Of a DNA stretch of 64,000 nt, positions 40,184-52,063 are shown piece after piece (positions within the stretch are counted from its first letter, which is position 1; every line of letters begins with the position of its first letter). The notes under the pieces were generated by a model. That model saw only the letters and a list, made by a program, of their open reading frames with translations, made no database searches and was not told where the DNA came from. The DNA is from Lama glama (taxonomy: Eukaryota). The position numbers were made by a program, and so were the translations under genes. The stretch lies in assembly GCA_028534125.1 (NCBI GenBank), contig CM052817.1:104100001-104164000 (forward strand), given 5' to 3'.

Positions 40184-41147
40184 TAATTTGGGGTTCGGCA
40201 AATAAAATACAAATTGGGAGTCAAAAACCACTGACACATGATGAAAGGCGTGAGTTGGGAACACAGTTGGTCTGGGGATTGTTTATGTCAAAACAAAAAC
40301 AAAATACGTAGGGGAAAGCTGAGGCATTCCAGTATATGGCTTTAAGTTTGTCTAATCTCAGCTAAAAGAAAAGATAGCAGTTCATGGAGAGAATCTTTCC
40401 TGTCCCCCATGTGTTAGGAGGGTGCTTTGGGGATTCTCACACAGCTGAACCACATAACGGCGTGTATTCTCAATGGCAACTTTGGAAAATATGAGAAAGA
40501 TCTTCCACATATGGTTGGTCGTTTCTTCTACAAGCCTTTGGTAGACACCTTGAACAAAACAAATGCAGTCACATGAGGAAATAGAGTGATTACGGATGCT
40601 TTCTGATTATCTAGAAACACAAGGAAGAAGCTTGAAACATCTTGAGGGAATAGTCAGGAGCCTATTCCTTAGACAATTATCTGAGTATCAACTGTCTCCA
40701 GCAGGCTTAAGACAGGAGTTTTCTACCAGACAACTCGTTAAAGAGGTTTTAGCAAATATCTGAAGGAAAGGAATTTTTCATTCCTGACTAAAAAAGTACC
40801 TCTGTGCTATAGACATCAGCCTCGTTGAAAATAAAGACATTGTGAGCATCAAAGGTTATCATTTTATTCATTTAGGCAACACGTGTACTTCGGTAGCCTA
40901 TATTGCTGGCCATTCTGTTCATCATCAGAAGTTGAGGCAGGATGTGCAGGATGAAAATTTTTGTCAGAAGGGAGCTCTAAATGCTTGAAAGAAGGCTCAA
41001 AGGATAGCTCAAAGTTTTGTATGTCTTTGTGTTAAATATCTGACAGAAGATCTTGAAGATACACTGCATATCATCAACACAGTAAAACAAGTTAACTCTC
41101 TTGAGAAGTTTAATCTGATTGAAACTCCACTGTGATGGATCTGCTCA
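40184..41147 (+). pseudogene. Largest well-preserved relic exon
   Basis: AG at 40182-40183. Frames 1, 2 then 3. Frame 3 (40572-41135) has four internal stops in 188 codons, all TGA: EEIE*LRMLSDYLETQGRSLKHLEGIVRSLFLRQLSEY...KYLTEDLEDTLHIINTVKQV. Confidence 0.78.
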
Positions 41148-41777
41148 GTAAACACTCTGTCTCAGTAGAGAGATGGAGATGTGTGCATCTCCCCAGCCCT
41201 CTCTTCCCTCATCTGTGCTCTACTCTACAGAGTTATGGCAGCTTTGTTATTTGGAGCAAAGCTCTTTAACACCTCTAAATGTGGGGAAAAATTACTGCTA
41301 TGTAATGTAAGTACAAATGAGTAAGTGTAAACATTAGAAGTCTCTAATAAAAGGAAAATTCAGTTTCTTTTCAGTTTGAGATTCATGTATAGAATCGAGA
41401 TCAATACTGTAAGCATCACTCATAAAATAACAAAATTTTATCCATTATTCATTCTCATCGGCTGTAGCAATGGTCTTTGCTAATTAGCAGACAGGCACAT
41501 TTTTTTCTTCTTTGTTCATAATTACCATCAATTGCATCCTTGGACCTCTATGATAGAAAATACAACAAAATTAAAAGCATTAGTTTCTCCATTTTCATTC
41601 CTTTTTAAAAAATTCACATACACACATTCCTGACATTATAACCTTAGAAACAGTATCGACAACATTTCCTTTTGGATATCTTATTTATTAAAAAGATTTT
41701 CTTTAAGTGTGACAAGCTCTAATTTGTTTTTTCAGCATAATTAACAACTGTGACTTTCTATTTCATTTGTTTTAACA

Positions 41778-42535
41778 TTCACACTAATGAATTCACCTTA
41801 TGGCCTGCTTTGAACTTGGTATTGAAAAGGGTTTTATGCTTCGCTGCTTTTTCATATGCCTCAAGTCATTGGCCCTGTTACAGTAGCTGATATAATACTT
41901 TTCTGAGAAAATGAGAGAGACTTTCCCAAGAAATAGTTTATCTCAAACTGATTTTGTTTTGGTGAAGTCATCAATGTGGAAGATGTTATGAAAAAGAAAT
42001 GTGTAAAATTACAGACATTGAAAAAAGGGGTTTTATCCATAGACTGAGAGGGTGTTATTGCTGCATGTAGTCTCAAATCTCCTTAACATCAAATGTTCTG
42101 CATTCCAACTTTATTATTAAACAAATGAAAATGAGCTCCTTGCAAATTTACACGGTAGCGAAACAGTACATAAATATCAATCCACTGAAATATTCTGACT
42201 TTTCCAGACGAGTTAGTCCACCTTTGCCACTCGTTGAGTCTTCTGTGAATTAAGGAATGTGTACAAGGAGGACTTTTGATTTATGCTGAGAATACTGGTT
42301 TCAGATTTTTTGTTGTATTATATTTTGAGGAGACTGTGAATCGAAGCATTGTTGATAATGACAAACACAGGCATTTGTGCGTCAAGGGTTCGCCACACAA
42401 ATCCAACACTGGTCATATTTCAAATGCTAAGTCTACCAAATGATACCTTTTCTGCTTTGCAATGGTACAGAAAACTCTGCATCATTTGGAATCAAATGGA
42501 GAAAAATTGGCCCATTTACATGAAATTTTCCAAAG
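41778..42535 (+). pseudogene. Large relic exon (acceptor degenerate)
   Basis: Reads NSPYGLL*TWY*KGFYASLLFHMPQVIGPVTVADIILF*ENERDFPKK..., later QGGLLIYAENTGFRFFVVLYFEE...LAHLHEIFQ. AAG|GTTAAT donor at 42536. Confidence 0.7.
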
Positions 42536-42622
42536 GTTAATTTGAGTAGTTCCTCAGTGTTGTTAGTCTAAAGGCAAAATGGTCATATGTCTAAATGCAT
42601 TACTCCTTATGTTTGTGGTCAG

Positions 42623-42920
42623 ATAAGAGTTAGGGACATAGATAATCAGCCTCAACCACTGCACAAAATCAGTCAAAAGATTTTTTTGCATCACATTCAA
42701 ATCTTGATCTGAGTACATCTCTCTTCTGTGACTGAAGAGAGACATAAAGCTCTCCATTCTTTCTTAAAATGGCTGGGAGTATGTTCCTATATATTGGGGA
42801 CGTTATCTTTTCACTTATGTTGTGACACCCAAAAAAATCACATAAATTTCTTAAAAAGAAAACAATTCTAGAAGAAGATTGAAGTATAAGACTGAATATT
42901 ATGCTATAGGATAAGACCAA
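42623..42920 (+). pseudogene. Possible relic exon
   Basis: tttgtggtcAG acceptor 87 nt after the previous donor. Contains EERHKALHSFLKWLGVCSYILG. Confidence 0.45.
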
Positions 42921-43399
42921 AGTGTATTAAAAACTTAACTAGAAGCAGAATTAAATTATCTCTTGAATTGAGTCATGACATTTTAGGACTGCTCTTCAAT
43001 AATTCCTCCTCACTCTTTGAAATAGACACTCCCTGGTGCGTGTTTCTTTTCTCTTCTCTCTGTTTCAAGGATTTTCTTCTGATATACCCTGGCTTGGAAC
43101 CATTGGATATGTAACATGTGATTAAATATGTGACTAAATTGTGATTAAACTGTTTTCTTGTGAAGTTAACTTACATACATTCTCATAATCAGAAAGTGTC
43201 AGGCTGTACTTCTGAAATTAGGTTTAATGTTAGCTAATTTAATAGCCTTAATAATTATCAGTGTCTCATGATGATATGTAAATTTGTTTTCAAACAGGAC
43301 TTCTAAATATAATTTTTGTGCTGTATCAGTATTTAGTCAGAGGAGTTGAAAACTTAGAAAAATATATATGTTTGTTAAAAGAGCTTTTTATAAGGATTT

Positions 43400-43706
43400 A
43401 AATAATTGTAGCGGCAGGGTCAAAGATGTCTGTAAGGCTGCTGTCTGTGTGTGATCCTAGAGTTTAAATCCACACAACAGGCAGCTGGGAAGAGAAGATG
43501 AACACACAGTGGGAAAGAGTGAGCTGTAACTCACAAATATTTGCTGAAACCAGTGGAAATGGATTGGAAGTCATAGTTCTTACTTTTCGTTGCTTTCAAC
43601 CTTGATGAGATAGATGGCATACAGGAGAAACTGGTGCCCATCGTCACCACAAAACTAAGCACAAGTTTGGCCCAGGAGAGGCTGAGGGAGGATGACTAGG
43701 TAAGAT
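43400..43706. mobile_element. LTR relic (MLT2-like) cut by the gap
   Basis: tcaaccttgatgag...gaaactggtgccc recalled from MLT2; tentative. Confidence 0.4.
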
Positions 43707-44206
43707 NNNNNNNNNNNNNNNNNNNNNNNNNNNNNNNNNNNNNNNNNNNNNNNNNNNNNNNNNNNNNNNNNNNNNNNNNNNNNNNNNNNNNNNNNNNNNN
43801 NNNNNNNNNNNNNNNNNNNNNNNNNNNNNNNNNNNNNNNNNNNNNNNNNNNNNNNNNNNNNNNNNNNNNNNNNNNNNNNNNNNNNNNNNNNNNNNNNNNN
43901 NNNNNNNNNNNNNNNNNNNNNNNNNNNNNNNNNNNNNNNNNNNNNNNNNNNNNNNNNNNNNNNNNNNNNNNNNNNNNNNNNNNNNNNNNNNNNNNNNNNN
44001 NNNNNNNNNNNNNNNNNNNNNNNNNNNNNNNNNNNNNNNNNNNNNNNNNNNNNNNNNNNNNNNNNNNNNNNNNNNNNNNNNNNNNNNNNNNNNNNNNNNN
44101 NNNNNNNNNNNNNNNNNNNNNNNNNNNNNNNNNNNNNNNNNNNNNNNNNNNNNNNNNNNNNNNNNNNNNNNNNNNNNNNNNNNNNNNNNNNNNNNNNNNN
44201 NNNNNN
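43707..44206. other. Assembly gap (500 N)
   Basis: Run of N. Confidence 1.
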
Positions 44207-44284
44207 TTTTTTTAACTTTGTGTTCAACTTTGTTTTTGCATACTCTTAAGAAAAGAGGAGATATAGAGGCATAATTTTATTCAT

Positions 44285-45440
44285 TTTCTTTTTGTATTTG
44301 ATAAATTTAGCACATTATGTTTTATAAATTTAAGGTGTACAGTGTGTTACTTTGATGCATTTATGTATTGTAATGTGATTGTCAGTAAAGCAATATTTAT
44401 CATGTTACATCATGTTATACAGTATAATTGTCTACATTTATGATACTGTGCATTAGATCACCACAGCTTATTTACTACTCATTCCAAGTTTGTTCCCTTA
44501 AATACCATCAATCTTATCCCTTCAGCCCAAATCCCCTGATAACTACTATTTTACTGTCTGTTTTTTATAGATTTGACTTTTTTAGATTCCATATGTAAGT
44601 GATATCATATTTGTCTTTCTCTGGCTGACTTATCTCGCTTAGAATAATATATTCAAGATCCATTTATATTGTCCACAAATGGCAAGATGTCCTCCTTTTC
44701 CATGACTGAATAATATTCCACTGTGTACATATACCACTTTTTGCAAACCATATATTGGATAAGGGCTTAATATCCAAAATATATAAATATCAAGTACACC
44801 TTAATAACAACAAAAGAAAACAATGTGATTAAAAATGGGCAGAAGAACTAAAAACAGTTGATCTTTAAAGAACCTGTGTTCTTCAAGGATCTGTTATACA
44901 CATTCCACTTATACACACATTATTTTCAATAAGTATACTACTACACAATCCACAGTTGGTTGAATCTGTGGATGAGAAACCATGGATATGGAGGGCCAAC
45001 AGTAAGGTTACATGTGGACTTTCATCTGCATGGGGGTACTGCAGTGTTCAGTGGTCAACTGTGTAGACATTTTTCCAAAGAGGACATCAGAATGGCCAAC
45101 AGGCACATGAAAAGATGCTCAACATCACTAATCATCAGAGAGATGCAAATAAAAGCAACAATGAGAGATCACCTCACACCCATTGTAATGGCCATCATTA
45201 TGAAAGAAGACAAGAAGCAACAAGGGCTGATGATGTTACTGTAAAACTGGAGCCCTATATATACTGTTGGTGGGAATGTAAGTTAATCTAAGTACTATGG
45301 GAAACAAGATAGAGATTCCTCAAAAAATTAAAAATAGATCTACCATGCCATCTAGTAATTCTACTTCTGGGTATACACCCAAAGGAAATGAAAACAAGAT
45401 TTTGACTAGATATATGCACACCCATGTTTATTGCAGCATT
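44285..45440 (-). mobile_element. Older L1 with 5' inversion: 3'UTR on minus (44285-44741), ORF2 end on plus (44742-45440)
   Basis: ORF2 peptide [30 protein letters not shown] on plus abuts an antisense 3'UTR. Confidence 0.85.
44855..45061. mobile_element. MER8-like Tigger/mariner MITE nested in L1
   Basis: Terminal inverted repeats cagttga...tcaactg; internal gttggttgaatctgtggatg...ggagggcc; splits contiguous L1 sequence. Confidence 0.85.
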
Positions 45441-46018
45441 ATACTTTTCAATAATACATTTAAAAATTTTGCTGTATTTCCATTATGGCTTTATTTTTAG
45501 AATATTTGCTGTGATAGAAAGTTTAGTGACTTGTTTACAATAACATACTATTCAGAATCAGCTATTAGCAATTATAATCTATTCTGATTGTATTGTAACA
45601 TCCCAAAATCACTTTGATATATATTATTTCATTTTATAATCTTGATACTATAGCGCTGAAGGGAAATTTTTATTTTCTTTATTTTATGGATAAGTAATGT
45701 CCAGCAAAGTGAAGGAAAATGATGTGCCTAAGGTAACATGGAAAAAATACACGGTGCTTGTTCTAGAATTCAACATACTTTGCCTTTCTCTTACAATGAA
45801 AATGTATTCATTATTTTATGTTTAATTTTCCTCCTCATAAAAATTATTTTATAGATGAATAAGAAATTGTGGACTTTGATAATTCTTGTGTTTGCTTTTG
45901 GAAATTATAGGAAAATCAGCAGCCCAGTATTAATTAAGTGATTTTAAAGCAATTGTGGTTACTCCATCAGTGTGTTCTTAGATGAAAATTCTTTCACAAT
46001 TTGACATTCTATGTTGGC

Positions 46019-46292
46019 TTTTTTTATTGACAATGTTGTGTTAATTTCTGGTGTACTGCATAATGCTTCAGTCATACGTGAACATACATATATTCACTTT
46101 CACATTCTTTTTTTACCATAAGTTACTGCAATTACAAAACAGACAGTCTCACAGACAGAGAAAACAAACTTATGGTTACTAGAGGGGGAAGCAGGTAGGA
46201 AGGGATAAATTGGGAGTTTGATATTTGTAGATCTAATATATATAAAACAGGTAAACAACAAGTTTGTACTGTACAGCACAGGGAGCTATATT
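46019..46292 (-). mobile_element. L1 3' end with 5' inversion
   Basis: Minus piece 46019-46130, plus piece 46132-46292; imperfect TSD attctatgttggctttt / attcttggtttgctttt. Confidence 0.85.
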
Positions 46293-46317
46293 CTTGGTTT
46301 GCTTTTTTAATGTTTAG

Positions 46318-46764
46318 GAGCTGCATCTTGATGGCATGTTCATCATAGTATGGAAGTTCCATATTGATTGACTGCTGTTTTTGCAGTTATTTTTACTTAA
46401 TTTCATTTTTGTCATTGGTGGGTGGAGTAGTAGCATCTACCCTGCGAAGCCCACGTGGCTGGTTTCTGCACATGAGGGCACTCCTTTCCTCCCAGATGGT
46501 ATATTCGTCCAGACCACTGTCGCTTCTTTCTCACCCAGCTCTGCAATCTGCCATTCCTCCTCTGAAGTTAGACAGCTCTCCACTGTCACAGCTTTCCTCA
46601 GCCCTCCTGTCTCGACCTTCATCGATGGCTGCTGGGCTGTGGCTACTGCCAGCTTTCTCCCACCTCCGGGGGTGCAGAAAGCTTGGTTTTATAGTTTCAG
46701 TGCTGCTTTTTACCTTTACGGACAGAAATGCTGTATATGTTCTAGCCATTAAAATAAAATATGG
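46318..46764 (+). pseudogene. Relic exon
   Basis: ttttttaatgtttAG acceptor. Frame 1 runs 46318-46752 with one internal TGA: ELHLDGMFIIVWKFHID*LLFLQLF...KPTWLVSAHEGTPFLPDGIFVQ. GTATCA donor at 46765. Confidence 0.6.
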
Positions 46765-46789
46765 GTATCACACAGGGTTCTAAATGGTT

Positions 46790-47170
46790 TTTATATCAAT
46801 TCATTTAATTCCCTTAAGGTGGGAATTACTACTGTTGGTACCTTCATATTCCAAAAAAAAGACACTGAAACTGAGAGGAGTTAGATAACGTGGCTAAGAT
46901 GATGCTACTGCTGGCCAAAAGTGTTTGGACTGGAAACCAGGTAGGGGCTCCAACCTTATTGTACCTTTTAGGTACATAGAATATTGAGGATTATATCAGG
47001 CCTTCTAACACCATGCGGTCGATGAAAAGCTCAAGCTTTGGAGTGAACTTAAGTTTAGATCTTTATTCTCATACTTCCTCATTGAGTGGCCTTGGTCTTA
47101 GACCAGGTGCTTATTTAGTCTCAGTCAGGTTGAACCTGTTTGTAAAATGGTGATGATTAGCCTTTATCCT
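46790..47170. mobile_element. MIR relics (two fragments)
   Basis: aaactgagaggagttagataacgtggctaag and tttgtaaaatggtgatgat core motifs. Confidence 0.55.
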
Positions 47171-47992
47171 TTCATTGTTTTTAAGTTCTTTTCATGACAC
47201 ACAAGAGGCCTTAATAAATACCACTTAGATTTTTAAAATATAATTTCATGAGCATTTAATTTATTAAACATTATTAAGTATTAAACAGAAAGAGTCTTTA
47301 AAAATAATGTGGCCAATACTTTAACCTATTTTTAAAACATTTTCTATGACATTACTTTTATTTCCCAAGTAATATAGACAAATTCTTCCAATGTATTATT
47401 TCTTCTCTGCCTTCTCGTGTATTGGATACTTTGTGGGTCTCCAATAATTATTCCATATTCTGTAATGTGAAAACTGTCACTGTTGGTCTTGTCTCTGACC
47501 AGTTTTCAGAGGTGTTAAACTCTCCCCAAGCATGTTTGGAACATCTCACCACGCCCTGCACGTGATCAGAAAGATACTTGATATAGATCTCTGTCAGTGC
47601 TTCGCCACTAACTGTATCACCTCAGAAAATCCATTTGGTTTCTCTGGGGTGCAGTTTCTTTATTTTATAAAATAAGAGGAGTAAGCATTATAAATTTTAT
47701 TGTCTTTTAAAAGGCAAGGGTTTATTTATGCATTGCACTAGCCGTTCTAAATTTCAAAGCATATTTTTATGTAGTCTAAATTGATCTTGTGGTCATCTCT
47801 TTTTGAAAGGTTAGAAACCTGCACAATGTGATCTGTGATGTGTCTAAAGTTTGACACCAAGTCAATTTTTTTTCTCCGTATCATTACCTTCTATAAGGTA
47901 TGAGACAAATTACAAACCAATAGCAATACTAATGGTAATGCTTTTTCCCTTTCAAACTAGAGAAGTGATATATATCAAAGTTGAAAATTATA

Positions 47993-48147
47993 GCACAAGG
48001 AACTATGTTTTGGTATCTTGTAGTAACCCGTAATGAAAAAGGATATGAAAATGAATATAGGTATGTGTCTCTATGACTGAACTATTATGCTGTACACCAG
48101 AAATCGACACATTGTAAACTGACTATATACTTAAACAAACAAAAAAA
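47993..48147 (+). mobile_element. L1 extreme 3' end
   Basis: 3'UTR plus A tail; TSD gaaaattata at 47983-47992 and 48148-48157. Confidence 0.88.
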
Positions 48148-48389
48148 GAAAATTATAAATTTGAACTACATCAAGTTTGAAAATAGGGAAAACATTTTGA
48201 AATTGTATTATATTTAAATGTTTTTTTAACTTATATATTTATGATATTTATCCCACTCATTTAAAAAATTATAAAAACTATTTTCAATTTACTTTTCATA
48301 GTAAAGATTTGTAATTCTGGAAACGCTGGATCCAAAGATACCTTGTTTATTGCTGGACATTTTAAGTTTCAGTGTGATCATAAAGGAGT

Positions 48390-48483
48390 TCTTTTTAAAT
48401 CATATTTTAACCAGCTATTGCTAATAATATCCATATCTTTTTAAATTATATTTTTAGCCAGCTATTGCTAATAATATCCATAT
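48390..48483. repeat. About 47-bp tandem duplication
   Basis: ctttttaaat(c/t)atatttt...ccagctattgctaataatatccatat occurs twice head to tail. Confidence 0.9.
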
Positions 48484-48619
48484 GAGATCTTTAGGCAATC
48501 TTCTGCAATCATATGTACTAGCTTTATTAGATTAACAGACGAATCTTTGTTTCCAGGCTTATATTCCTATCATATGTATGTGTGTGTGTATACATCTATA
48601 TAGTGATAGCAAACACAAT

Positions 48620-48830
48620 TAGCACATTAAAAAATACTTTATTAACTCATTTATTGTTACAAAAACTCTTTGTGATACGCACTATTACTATCCTTATGTT
48701 ACATTTGAGTAAGCTGAAGGATGGGGTCAAGTAATTAGCTCAAGGTCACAAAGTTGGTGGAGAATAGACCCTGGAGTAGTACATAACACAGGTCATCTGC
48801 CTTTGAAGTCTGAGGTCTTAACTTCTATGC
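48620..48830 (-). mobile_element. MIR relic
   Basis: aagtaattagctcaaggtcacaa core. Confidence 0.6.
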
Positions 48831-50129
48831 TATGAGGCCTCCTATAACTTTTTTTTCTCCTTTCCATCTACTAAAGGTATTTTTTCTCGTTAGCATTTTG
48901 TTGAATCAACTGAAGCTTTTAGATCATTGTTAAATATTAGTGATGCTATGGGCATTTTTTAGCTATACCCTGCCTTTAATGGGATTGCTTTTGGTTGTTT
49001 ACTATTAACATTTCTTTGGCAGAGTGGTGTTGTTATGCTAAAGTTATCTTTCATAATGTAAAATACACCCTTATATTTCCATTGAATTCAGAATGTTTCT
49101 CAGAAATGTGTTTTGAATACTATTAAATGGCCTATTAAATGGCTTTTAGCAGCAAGATGATCACGGATGCTTTTTTCTTTTGACTCAGTTATAACATATT
49201 TTATTGATAACTTTCTAAATAGCTTAATAGTGTTGGGTTTTTTTTTGCAGTCTTGCAATAAATAGCAATTAGTCATGGTTCTGAATTCCATTCGCCTAAA
49301 GTTTGGTTTCAGTATTTGCTTTTATATTCTTAAAGGAGCTTATATTTTGTGTAATCTTTGGCAGTTTTTATATGAAAATAATATTAGATAATTCTCAGTC
49401 TTTGTGGCTATTTGTAGGTGGTCTCTTATCTTGACACCTTGTTTTCTCAGCTGAGAACTGGTTTTTAAAAAGGAGGGTTTATGTAACCCTGTGGCATCAC
49501 ATTAATGGGTAAAATGTGACTACTGGCATCACTGGATTGCAGTCTTACTCTGTGCTTCCTTGAGTTGTTAGACCCTGTGACTCCCTCTTGGGCCAACTTG
49601 GCTGCACATTGGACTGGGCTGCGTTGTGTGATCCTGATTGTTTTCCTCCACCAAAGTCTTAGCTCAGTTGGTCCCATACCTGTGTCCTGACACAGTGTCA
49701 TTCTCCCCTCCCCCATGGAAGACTGCTGGCTTTAAAATCAGTGTTACACACCTTTAGTGACTGAGAGAGGCTTAGAAGTTCCACTAATTATTTTTTTCCT
49801 TTGCCTCATCACAGTTCAGCCCTTTTTAGCATTCTGGGCCACTCTTCCTCTTACAGGCATGTCCTGCACAGTTGACATAAATCCAAAATGGTGACTTGAA
49901 AAGTAACCCCTCGATCTTAAGTATGCCTCTCAATCCATCAGGCATGTCCCTCCCTCATTTGAACTGAAACCTAGATGAGTGAACAGGGACATGTGCCAAT
50001 TAGATAACAAAAATCAGTCTAATTGTTTCCAAAAAATATTAGGTTAATACTCTGTTTGTTACAACAGTGTTGAAAGAACTGGAGGGGCCAAAGGAAGTAA
50101 GATAAAGTTATGGGGCAAAAAGAACAAAA

Positions 50130-51950
50130 AAAAAAGCAACTCAAGATTTGGTAACTGGTTTTTCTCTTCTGGGCTGGAGAGACAAACACTTTCCCATGCA
50201 CGAAGGGCACTGTGCTGAGAAGGCTTCTGTGCTGGATTCCATAAGCCTGAGCTTGCCCTGGTTTAAACAGCTTCCAGGATCCCTCACTGCCGCTGTTCTC
50301 TCCTCCAGTGCTGAAATGTGTGCTGCACTGTCCTGCTGGAGATGCTGCCAGAAACTTGAAGCGAAGAGAGTCACATTTCCCTTTCTTTTGCCTTCTAGTT
50401 TTCAATGCGTGCCTCCTACTGGAAGTTTAACCAAGGGAATCTTAGAAATGTCACTCGTGGTGTCACAGACTCCTTATAATATAACAGAGCACAGAGAAGT
50501 AGGAATGGAAGCTGAGAGCAGAGAGACAAAAGGTCAAGCTGGCCCTTTGGTTTCTCAGTGTCTATTCTCAGCCTTCTATGCGTGTATAGTTTCCTTGCAA
50601 CGATAACAACAGTTTCATGTTTTGCCTAATATGATAAAATCATTTTCAGACAAATGAAAGGCTGTTACCGTCTTCCCCAAAAGGAAGAAACAATGTTTCA
50701 TCAGTCCTCATATCCATCTCTAGGGAGAGCATTTCCTCTTGTGATTATTAATACTCCTGCTGGATCTATTTTAACCTAAAAATCATACTTTAAAGTAAAA
50801 AATACTAGAGGGAAAAAGGAGGGAAAAGTAAGTTAATATATTCAATTAAATGAGGAAACTGTACAAGTTTACTGCTAATGTCCTCATTTCTATAACTTCC
50901 TTCTTGACCATACAGTTATCAGCCAGAACCCCAGCTTGTAAAGATTCTTCTCTGGAGGAGTGACCCAAACCTTCATTTCCAGAAAGTTTTAAATTCTGCA
51001 GTCGGGTATTTATACTGTAGTATAAATACAGTATAAATTACTGTAGTAATTTTCCATTAACATTTACCACTGAATGTGGAATGACAAGAGAAGCCCCAGA
51101 GAATCCCCTGGGTTCCAGACATAATCCTTCCTGTCCTAGTGTATATCCATAAGCCAGTTTTCTCCTTATAATTGGGATCAATCAGCCTAACCAGCAAAGT
51201 GACTTTCTGCTTTACGAATTGGTTCAATGGGGAAAGAATTCAATAGTGGACTGGTAGCAGTTTCAATGCCCAGTTAAATTAAAACAGTATTTTTTACCCT
51301 GGGGAAAGCATTCCACCCTCAGGAACTAAGAACTCTGAACCATCAAAGACAAAAGTTTTGAGTAGTAAAAGTAAAAATTCTTCACGTAGGTTATTGGGTC
51401 TAAGAGAGAAATCACTTTAGGACATAGCTACAGGACATTTTGCACTTAACCTTATTTAATCTATATACCATGTCCTATTCAACTGCACTCCAGCTTCACA
51501 GATTGCTTGAACTGAGCTTTCAATAGCCCACACACTGTACCATTCTGTCAGGTGAGCTGCCACTGAGGAACAAACAGGGCACATCGTAAGGAAGGTGAAT
51601 TCCCTGGCTTAAACCTTTTGTTGCTCTTTGGTGAAAACCAATGTTTTATGAAGACCTGCATTCCGGTCAGGGAAGACAAATGCATTTCCAAGAATTAGTG
51701 TCTATTCCAGTGAGTAGAACTCCCTGTCCATATCATGATAGAAGAGATTCAGTGCAACTAACCTACTGCCACTTGGCTCGCTGGTACAATAATTGAGGGT
51801 TCGTTGCTGGTCTTTGTTGCAGTAGGTTGGGTACCCAGCAATGGTGGCCAGACAAGCCTAGAAGAGGAAAGACCATATTGTTGAGCTACCTATAGCTTCT
51901 CTCCCTGTCAACACGGCTACTTTGTAACATATGTCGCTCTGGAGTAAGAG
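50130..51950 (-). mobile_element. Old MaLR element: MLT1-type LTR (about 50130-50545) plus internal region
   Basis: acagagcacagagaagtaggaatggaagctgagag LTR end, followed by gtgacccaaaccttcatt and ctgggttccagacata motifs of MLT-internal sequence. Confidence 0.65.
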
Positions 51951-52018
51951 GAGAAGGATAACAAAGATGCACATTTTGGGTCATTAAAATTTTTTTTCAC
52001 CTGTTTTTTGAGATCCTA

Positions 52019-52063
52019 TACACACACACAGACACACAGACACACACAGACACACACACACAC
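52019..52063. repeat. (CA)n/(CACACAGA)n microsatellite
   Basis: Direct reading. Confidence 0.95.

Noticed and set aside
40381..41135. Endogenous negative-strand RNA virus fragment (PHVLGG like L proteins; LEGIVRSLFL loosely like pneumovirus or filovirus nucleoprotein)
   Set aside because: The resemblances are a few residues long and point to different viral proteins. The block sits in a series of spliced same-strand exons and has no poly-A or TSD. A profile search would settle it.
50148..50606. 152-aa ORF
   Set aside because: Lies within a MaLR LTR relic and is most likely a chance open frame.
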